DNA from: the human T2T-CHM13v2.0 reference genome, Homo sapiens
Reading direction: 5' to 3' (one strand)
Length of the DNA: 64,000 bases
Assembly (NCBI RefSeq): GCF_009914755.1
Contig: NC_060933.1
In this document: piece after piece, positions 50,720 through 64,000 of the stretch
Position numbering within the stretch: position 1 is the first letter of the stretch
How the letters are laid out: each line of letters opens with the position of its first letter
Notes under the pieces: generated by a model
Told to the model about the DNA's origin: nothing
Database searches by the model: none
What the model saw: the letters and a program-made list of their open reading frames with translations, nothing else
Position numbers and translations under genes: made by a program

Positions 50720-51699
50720 TCATCAAAGTCACAACTGTGGGAAACTCTGTAGAGTTAAAGGCCCCAAGTTCTTAAACGCTTTCAACGCTTTACCATTAAG
50801 TAGGATGTTTGGTGTATGGTGTTTTGCAGATACCCTCTATAAGATTAATTTCTCTTCTATTCCTGGTTTTCCATGAGTGTTTATTATGAATAAGTGTTAA
50901 ATTTAATAAATTATTCTACATTTATTAAGATGATATTTTCTCCATTAATTAGTTAGTATCTTCAATTACAGTAATTTGTCTTCTCATGTTAAAACAACCT
51001 AATTTGGCTGGACGAGGTGGCTCACGCCTGTAATCCCACCACTTTGGCAGGCGGGTGGATCACTTGAGGTCAGGAGTTTCAGACCAGCCTGGCCAATACG
51101 GTGAAACCCCCCCACCGTCTCTACTAAAAATACAAAAAAAATTAGCCGGGCGTGGTGACGCACGCCTGTAATCCCAGCTACTCGGGAGGCTGAGGCAGGA
51201 GAATCACTTGAATCCAGGAGGTGGAGGTTTCAAAAAAAAAAAAAAAAGAACAAAACGTCTCAAAAAAAAAAAACCCACAAAACAGAACAAAACAAAAAAC
51301 CACATAACTTGGCTATGGTATTATTCCTTTCACATAATACTAGATTTTGCTAATATTTTGCTTACAGATTTTCCCGTCTAGACTCATGAGCAAAACTTGC
51401 ATACACTTTTCCTTCCATTCGCTGTTCTCGTCAGGTTTTCCTATCAGGGTTATGCTAGGCCATTAAAAAGTTTAAAAGTGTTACCTGCTTTCATCTTCCT
51501 TCCCCCTTTTATTCTGGAACTATTAAAGACTGGAATTATGTTTTCCTCTTATATATCGTTCAATTTGCCAGGGAAGCCATGGTGGCTTGCAGTCTTCTTT
51601 GTTGGAAGACTTTGGACTACTCTTTCAATTTGTTACTAAACTATGTAGGTTTCCCATTTCCCTAAACATGGAAACAGAAGACCTCCTAGGACGTCTCCA

Positions 51700-52710
51700 T
51701 TGCGGGAGGGAGACTGCAGAGGTCTCCGGCCACAGGACTGAGGAAAACCGCAAAAAGACGCGGTCACTACTAGGCGGAGTTAAACTATGGAGCCGGTACC
51801 CCCAATACCCTGCCCGGCAAGGCCGCCTCGTGACGTCCCCGTCTGACAGAGTCCCTCCCCATAGGGCCGCGACAGAACCACCGCACGATGGGACACGCGA
51901 GGGTAAGCTCAGGTCTCAGCGCATCGTGTGGGCGTCGGGACAGCGTCCTGGGCACCTGTTCCTTCCACCTGCTCAAATCTCTTTCCCTTCTATGAAGAAG
52001 GGGGCTCCGGGCCCCATCCCCAGGGAGCAAGAAGACGCAGAGGACCGCGCCGGTTCAGGTGCCGCTGGAGAAATGGAATCTGACGGAGAAACTGATCTGG
52101 GGCGGCAGCCCGCTAGGTTCCCCTGACTCACTAAATGCTACTACAGTGCCCCACACGGACTGCCACGAGCGGGTCACGTGACTGGACTCTGGATCGGCTG
52201 TGCTGTGATCGCCGCGTAGCGCGCTGCTGTGCGCGCGAGACTATAGGCCTCTGGGCCGCCGGTGCCTCCGCGCGGTCACCGCCTCCACCCGCCTGGCCGC
52301 TTCCCTCGGCGCATGCGTAGCACACCGACTCCAGAATTGTTTCCCAAATCCCACTTCCACCACTTCCTCCTCCCGAGACCAGCCAAGCGCGCCTGGCTGT
52401 CTGCCCTTCTTGGGCTCTTGGGGAGAACGTGGTCCGGGAACTGGCGGTCACGGGGAGGCACCACAAGAGGTTTTCGCCCTCATCTGCTGGTGCAACTATC
52501 GCGACCATCACCCTGAGAACTGGAGGAAGGGTGCCGCAGGCAAAGAGTGGCGCGCCTGCAGATTCGGTTCCGCGCTTGGGGCTCTCGCGAGAGCCGGCGC
52601 TGGAGTGTGGACCGCGCGTGCCGGTGACGCGTGGTGCAGACACGTCGCCGGTGCCTCTCTCCCTAGGCCTTCCTGGGGGTGAGCTTCCGTCCCAGACGTC
52701 TTCGGTCCTA
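51700..52710. promoter_or_regulatory. Orphan CpG island with housekeeping promoter motifs
   Basis: Dense CpG, non-repeat sequence. GTCACGTGAC (E-box/CLEAR) at 52173-52182, GCGCATGCGT (NRF1) at 52309-52318, TCTCGCGAGA (BANP/ZBTB33) at 52583-52592, GTGACGTC (CRE-like) at 51830-51837 and CACTTCC (ETS) repeats near 52351-52367. Confidence 0.85.
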
Positions 52711-53754
52711 CACTGCTTCCATTTCTTTTTTTTTTTTTTCCTTTTTTTTTTCTTTGAGACAGGGGCTCATTCTATCACCCAGGCTGGAGTGCAGCGGCGC
52801 GATCTCGGCCCACCGTAAGCTCCGCCTCCCGGGCTCAAGCGATCCTCCCACTTCAGCCTCCTGAGTAGCTGGGACTCCAGGTGAGCGCCCTGCTAATTTT
52901 ATATTTTTGGTAGAGACGGGGTTTCGCCATGTTGCCCAGGCTGGTCTCAACTCCTGGTCTCAAGTGATCCGCCTGCCTTGGCCTTCCAAAGTGCTGGGCT
53001 TACAGGCGTGAGCCACTGCACCCAGCCCTACGCCCCATCTTTCTGGGTTTCTGCCTGGTATTGTTACATCTCCAACAGGCTTAACTCAAAGCTGACTTTC
53101 CGCCTGTGCTGTATCTGCCCCATGGTCCTTTAGAGTATATAAAATATAAATGGCACTTTGGGAGGCCGAGGCAGGAGGATTGCTTGAGCTCAGGAGTTAC
53201 TGACCAGCCTGGGCAACATAGTGAGACCCCCGTCTCATTAAAAAATAATAATGCAGGCAGGGCGCAGTGGCTCATGCCTGTAAACCGAGCACTTTCGGAG
53301 GCCAAGGTGGGCGGATCGCCTGAGATTGGGAGTTCGAGACCAGCCTGACCAACATGGAGAAACCCCATCTCTACTAAAAATACAAAATTAGTTGGGCGTG
53401 GTGGTGCGTGCCTGTAATCCCAGCTATTCAGGAGGCTGAGGTAGGAGAATCGCTTGAACCCGGGAGACGGAGCTTACAGTGAGTCGAGATGAGCCACTGC
53501 ACTCCAGCCTGGGCAACAAGAGCGAAACTCCATCTCAAATAATAATAATAATACAAATAAATAAATGTACACACACAAATAAATGGACGTGATAGCGATT
53601 TTTTTAGGTTTTCAGCTGCCCAATTCAAGAAATGTATTTCTTCTTGTCCCTGATTTCCGTCACTGTCCCAAGGCAGTGGGATTAAAGCACCACTACCGTT
53701 TTTAGATCCTTGTGTTTGGCATTCCATGTCCTCCTCTCAAGACGTTTGACGTAA

Positions 53755-53997
<243 letters not shown>

Positions 53998-54312
53998 TAG
54001 CCAGGATGGTCTCGATCTCCTGACCTCGTGATCCACCTGCCTCGGCCTCCCAAAGTGTTGGGATTACAGGCGTGAGCCACTGCACCCAGCCTACCAGCCT
54101 AGACCTAGTTTTAGTTCCTTTTTTTGCTTCACTCCATTGTAGCTTAGGAAGCTAGTTTCAATTCCGGATTCTACCGTCTATCTATGACTGGGCCTTTGGT
54201 CAGTCTTTCTAAAATGAAGATTGCTCATTTTACAAATGAGTAAAAACTACCTGACATGTAGTGCAGGCTTTGTAAAGCACTCATCATGCTGCTTGTCATA
54301 CTGTAAGCACTG

Positions 54313-54812
54313 ATATGGCATAGGAAACCCAACCCCCAAACATAGCACCTTGGAAGTTGAGAAAACAGCATATACTGGAAGGCCACTGTCACATCTCCCT
54401 CACCCGTCTCTGAAGCAGGCCATAAAGCCTAGGAAGGTCATCCTCTTATCTCTCTTGAAAACCCTCATGTGGCAGGTGTCCTGCCCTATATCAGGGTGGA
54501 AGGAATGTCACACAGGGACACCAAGAATAATCTGAACAAACAGGTCTTGCTAATCTCATGCCCCCAATTTATTACCGTGAGATCATACCCGCTTTGTTCA
54601 ATCATACTTCTGCACAACTATCCACTTTCTCAAACCTATGCATAAAAGTACAGACTTTTCTTTGGGTCATTTCCTTAGGAAGACTCCCCATCATGTAAAA
54701 CTTATATTACACAAATTTGTATGCTTTTCTCTTGTTAATCTGTATTTTGTTATAGGAGTCTCAGCCATGAACCTTACCATGGTTAAGGAAAACTTGCTTT
54801 TTCTTCTCTACA
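54313..54812 (+). mobile_element. ERV1-class solo LTR (MER34/MER39-like)
   Basis: AAGAATAATCTGAACAAACAGG and ATGTAAAACTTATATTACACAAATTTGTATGCTTTTCTCTTGTTAATCTG motifs; TG..CA ends. Confidence 0.6.
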
Positions 54813-54828
54813 CACTCAAATAAATTAG

Positions 54829-55083
<255 letters not shown>

Positions 55084-55196
55084 TAATGGTCAGGCTGGTC
55101 TCGAATTCCTGACCTGAGGTGATCCACCCATCTTGACCTCCCAAAGTGCTGGGATTGCAAGCGTGAGCCACTGCGCCCGGCCTAAAATGCCTCTTA

Positions 55197-55528
<332 letters not shown>

Positions 55529-55964
55529 TTAATTTGTGCTGTGCCACCAAAAAATGTGCATGCTAGAAACTGTACTTTACACTATGACATTTTATGTAAC
55601 TGTCTTATTTCCCCCATGAGACTGCAGTGGTCTCAACGGTAGAGGATTGACCTTGTCCATATGTGTTTTCTAGGCTTCCATCATTTGCCACAGACTGAGA
55701 CATGTACTAAGTTGTACGCCGTAAATACTTCATAAATAGTTACTGAAGGCATAAATAGGCAGAGAGTAGAGTTTGTTTGTTTGTTTGTTTGCTTACAAAA
55801 AAAGGGAAAAGAAAGCAAATGCTGAAAAAACTTGCTGTTAAACCATGCACGCACGACATGAGGTCTTTGTAATTGGTTCAGGAAGATTTCCTTCTCCCCA
55901 TGCTCCACCCTCTTCATTACAAAGATGAAATTATTTTTGTGATTAATATTTATTTATTTATTGA

Positions 55965-56123
<159 letters not shown>

Positions 56124-56419
56124 TAGTAGAGATTGGGTTTAGCCATGTTGGTCAGGCTGGTCTCGAACTCCTGACCTCAGGTGATCCACCCGCCTTTGCC
56201 TTCCCAAAGTGTTGGGGTTATAGGTGTGAGCCACTGCATCTAGCCTTTTTTTTTTCTTTTTTTCTTTTGAGACAGAGTCTCACTCTGTTGCCCAGGCTGG
56301 AGTGCAGTGTCATGTGATCTTCGCTCACTGCAACCTCCTCCTCCCAGGTTCAAGTAGTTCTTCTGTCTCAGCCTCCTGAGTAGCTGGGACTACAGGCACC
56401 CGCCACCACACTCAGCTAA

Positions 56420-57137
<718 letters not shown>

Positions 57138-57671
57138 TGAATTCCTGGCTTCAAGTGATCCTCTAGCCTCAGCCTCCCAAATTGCTGGGATTACAAGGAT
57201 GAGCCAATGCACCCAGCCTGTGTTTATTCTTTTAAATGATAGTAAAGTACAATAGAGGGAGAGAATTGCAGGTTATATTTTTTGTTTGTTTCTCTGTTTT
57301 TTATTTAATGTCTCCCCAGAAACCTCCATAGGTGCTTCACTTTCTAGTTTAGTTCCTGCTAATTTTAATAGCTCAAATGTTACCCTATCAGGGGTGTCAG
57401 TGGGAGAGCCCTGCGGAAGTGGAGTTCCCTGAGGAGGAAAGTTTCTACATTCAGAAAAGACTTGGCTTGGGTTTTGTCGGGAGGTAAAAATGGGTCAGTG
57501 ACTCAGAAAAGCTTGCCTAAAAGCTGACATCTAGTGTTCATTTCTGAAAATATGTCCTGACATACTAACCCTGAGATTTTCTATCCCAAGAACTGTTTTT
57601 ATTGATTTTATTGTTACGCACCAGATTTCAAGACCATTTGACTACCCAAAGAAACACAACTTAGAAAATAA

Positions 57672-57986
<315 letters not shown>

Positions 57987-58613
57987 TAGTAGAGATGGGG
58001 TTTCACCATGTTGGCCAGGCTGGTCTCGAACTCCTGACCTCAGGTGATTCACCTGCCTCGGCCTCCCAAAGTGCTGGGATTACAGGCGTGAGCCACTGCA
58101 CCTGGCCAGCAATTATTTTATTTATTTGAGATAGAATCTCACTTTGTTGCCCAGGTCTGACTTTGCAGTGGCACAAGCATGGCTCACCACAGTCTAGATC
58201 TCCTGGGCTCAAGCAGTCCTCCCGCCTCAGCCTCCCTAGTAGCTGATACCATAGGCCTGCACCATCGTGGCCAGCTTTTAAAATTTATTTTTGTAGAGAC
58301 AGGGTCTCACTGTGCTGCCCAGGCTGGTCTCAAATTCCCAAACTCAAAGGATCGTCCTGCCTCAGCCACCTAAAGTGCTGGGATTACAAGCATGTGCCAC
58401 CTTGCCTGACTCCAGTTGATTTTTCATTTTTATTTTTATTTTATGTTTTGGGAAGGGTCTTGCTTTGTTGCCCAGGGTGGAGTGCACTTGTGCAATCTCA
58501 GCTCCCCGCAGCCTTGACCTCCTGGGCCCGGGCAATCCTCCCACCTCAACCTCCCAAATAGCTGGGACTACAGGTACATGCCACCATGCTGGCTAATTTT
58601 TAATTTTCTGTAA

Positions 58614-59219
<606 letters not shown>

Positions 59220-59439
59220 TAGTGAAACCCCTTCTCTACTAAAAATACAAAAATTAGCCGGGCGTGGTGGCGGGCGCCTGTAATCCCAGCTACTTGGGGG
59301 GGCCGAGGCAGGAGAATCGCTTGAAGCTGGGAGGCGGGAGGTTGCAGTGAGCCGAGATCACGCCACTGCACTCCAGCCTGGGTGACAGAGTGAGACTCCA
59401 TCTCAGAAAAAAAAAAAGAAGAGAAACTACATCGTTATT

Positions 59440-59798
59440 ATTATTTTGTTGTTGTTGTTGGTTTTGGCCAAACTTTTTATTTAGTATGCTGTAGTTGTTT
59501 AACACACACTTAAATGGTCTTATTGGGGGAGGGGAAAGGAGAGGTTCCTGCAGATTCCCAAACAAATGTCAGAAAGGCAAAATAGCCAGCATTCTCCATT
59601 TGCTTTTTTGGGTTTACTGGGTGAATAGCACTTCCCTTACATAGGCATCTGATTTCAGGTTTTTCATACTGAGAACATTGAGATTTCAGCTGGAAGACAC
59701 CCTGAAATCTTCTGAGTAGCATACCTCAACCACCCTCTAATAACTGACTTGTTTGTATAGGCAGAACGATTCATCTCTCCATTTTAGATGGCTAGATA
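59440..59798 (-). pseudogene. 5'-truncated, 3'UTR-only retrocopy (parent tentatively UBE2V1)
   Basis: The minus strand ends ...CTAAATAAAAAGTTTGGCCAAAACC followed by an A-rich (AAC)n tail. TSD AAACTACATC(G/A)TTATT at 59424-59439 and 59799-59814. The parent assignment is from memory only. Confidence 0.75.
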
Positions 59799-60187
59799 AA
59801 ACTACATCATTATTGATTATAGTCACTCTATTGTGCAGTAAATCTCAAAGCCTTCTATCTGAAATTTTGCACCCTTTGATTAACAATTCCCCATTCTCCT
59901 CGTCTCCACTCTCCCCAGCCTCTGGTAGCCATCATTCTACTATCTGCTGCTATGAATTTGACATGTTTGGATTCCACATATAAGTGAGATCATGTAGTAT
60001 TTGTCTTTCTATACCTGGCTTATTTCACTTAGCATAATGTTTTCCAGATTCATCCATCTTGTCACAAATGATGGTATTTACCTACATTTTTGTTTTTGGA
60101 GACAGGGTCTCACTTTGTTGTCCAGGTTGGAGTGCAGTGGTACAAACACAGCTCACTGCAACCTCAACCTTGACCAGGCTCAAGTGA

Positions 60188-60370
<183 letters not shown>

Positions 60371-60484
60371 TGAGTAGCTGGGATTACAGGTGCACACCAC
60401 CACGGTCAGCTAATTTTTGTATTTTTAGTAGAGACAGGGTTTAACCATGTTGGCCAGGATGGTCTCAATCTCTTGCCCTCGTGA

Positions 60485-60766
<282 letters not shown>

Positions 60767-61517
60767 TGAACTCCTGACCTCAGGTGATCTGCCTGCCTCA
60801 GCCTTCCAAAGTGCTGGGATTACATGCTTGAGCCAACGCGCCTAGCCAAAAAGGACTTCTATAGGAAGGACAAATAGGTTTCTCTAAAAAAGACAAATGT
60901 GTTTTTAGAAGAACAAATGGGAGACATGCAAACATTATCACAAACCAAACTTTCTTATATAGGTGTGAGTGGTCTTTTTCAGGTTCATAAAACTGCCAGA
61001 GAGGGGATTTATGGTAGGTTTATTCTGGGTCTCTCCCCTGGGAGTAGAAGCCACCCCAAACAGGAAATTTATGTCCGTCCTCATTTCTCAGAAGTTTCTA
61101 CTTTTAATCAAATAAGGGAAGTCCCAAGGAAGCTTCTTTCTGCATCTGTTCCATCTCAAATGTCTTCAGCTTAAAATAATCTTTATACTAACTCCAGTGT
61201 TCTGAGTGGGACCCCACAATTGTATATTTAATCACCTTGTGAAACTTGACAAGTATTTAACCCAACATTTTCTGATTTGGAATATTTTAGAGAATGTGAT
61301 TCATTAATAAATCATTTATCAAAAAAAGAGATCATTGGTTTGACAGTGCTGGGATTACAGGCATGGGCCACCATGCCCGGCCAGCAGTATGTATTTTAGT
61401 TGACTGGCAAACAGACAATTGTTCCCTTTTTTCCTTTTTTAAATTTCAAGCCTTGTCACTGTGTCATAAGACAATTGTTCATGATGTCATAAATGTAATT
61501 TTTACTTCAATAAACTA

Positions 61518-61781
<264 letters not shown>

Positions 61782-62403
61782 TCAGGAGGCTGAGGAATGA
61801 GAATCACTTGAACCCGGGAGATGGAGGTTTCAGTGAGCCGAAATCGCACCAGTGCACACCGGTCTAGGTGACAGAATGAGAATCTGTCTCAAAATAAAAA
61901 AAAAATGGTTTTCAGGCCTTTCTTTTTTTTGTTAGAGACAGGATTTCACTCTGTCTCCCAGACTGGAGTGCAGTGACACAATCATAGTTCACTGCAGCCT
62001 TGAGCTGTTGGGCTCAGGGAATCCTGCCTCAGCCTCTTGAGTGGCTGGGACTACAAGCATGCCACGATGCCTAGCTATTTTTATTTATTTTTTATTTTTA
62101 TTTATTTATTTTTGAAAAAGAGTCTTGCTTTGTCACCCAGGCTGGAATGCAGTGGTGCGATCTGGCTCACTGCAACCTCCGCCTCCTGGGTTCAAGCAAT
62201 TCTCCTGCCTCAGCCTCCTGAGTAGCTGGGACTACAGGCGTGCACCACCACACCCAGCTAATTTTTGTATTTTTAGTAGAAACGGGGTTTCACCATGTTA
62301 GCCAGGCTGGTCTCGAACTCTTGACCTCAGGTAATCCATCTGCCTCGGCCTCCCAAATTGCTGGGATTACAGGCGGGAGTCACCATGTCTGGCCAATTTT
62401 TAA

Positions 62404-62538
<135 letters not shown>

Positions 62539-62882
62539 TAGGCCTTTGTAACTAAATAATTTATTCACTCAAGTGACAACTCTCTGCTTCCATAGCAAAA
62601 TACAAAGATTTATGAAAGATTTTTCCAGATAAAATCATTTAACTTTAGGCCAGGCGTGATGGCCCATGCTGTAATCCCAGCACTTTGAGAGGCTGAGTGG
62701 GTCAATCACATGAGGTCAGGAGTTCGAGACCAGCCTGGCCAACATGGTGAGACTCTGTCTCATTGTTCCTTAGAAATCCAAGAGTAGGCTGAGCGTGGTG
62801 GTTCAGGCCTGTAATCCCATAACTTTGGGAGGCCGAGGTGGGTGGATCACCTTGGGTCAGAAGTTCGAGACCAGCCTGGTCA

Positions 62883-64000
<1,118 letters not shown>

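Noticed and set aside
51587-52818. ORFs of 129-179 aa in the second CpG island
   Set aside because: No recognisable homology; low-complexity R/P/G/A composition expected from GC content.

Overview
Human (or near-identical great-ape) genomic DNA from 9p24.1. It carries the 5' end of GLDC (glycine decarboxylase, P-protein) on the minus strand: exon 1 CDS 16296-16550, exon 2 15665-15743, with intron 2 running off the left edge and a CpG-island promoter at about 16.1-17.1 kb. The rest is extremely Alu-dense, with LTR/ERV, Tigger, MIR and L1 remnants. It holds five L1-mediated retrocopies: RPL23A, RPS3A, RNF2, RPL35A and a 3'UTR-only fragment, tentatively UBE2V1. A second, apparently gene-less CpG island with housekeeping-promoter motifs lies at about 51.7-52.7 kb. 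The most notable observation is that the RNF2 retrocopy contains a 14-nt splice-acceptor-like insert (TGACTCTCTTACAG) exactly between codons 29 and 30, so it appears to be a fossil of a cryptic-3'-splice-site, stop-containing RNF2 mRNA. Almost all ORFs in the supplied track are Alu translations. Repeat subfamily names and parent-gene comparisons come from recognition and memory, not database searches.
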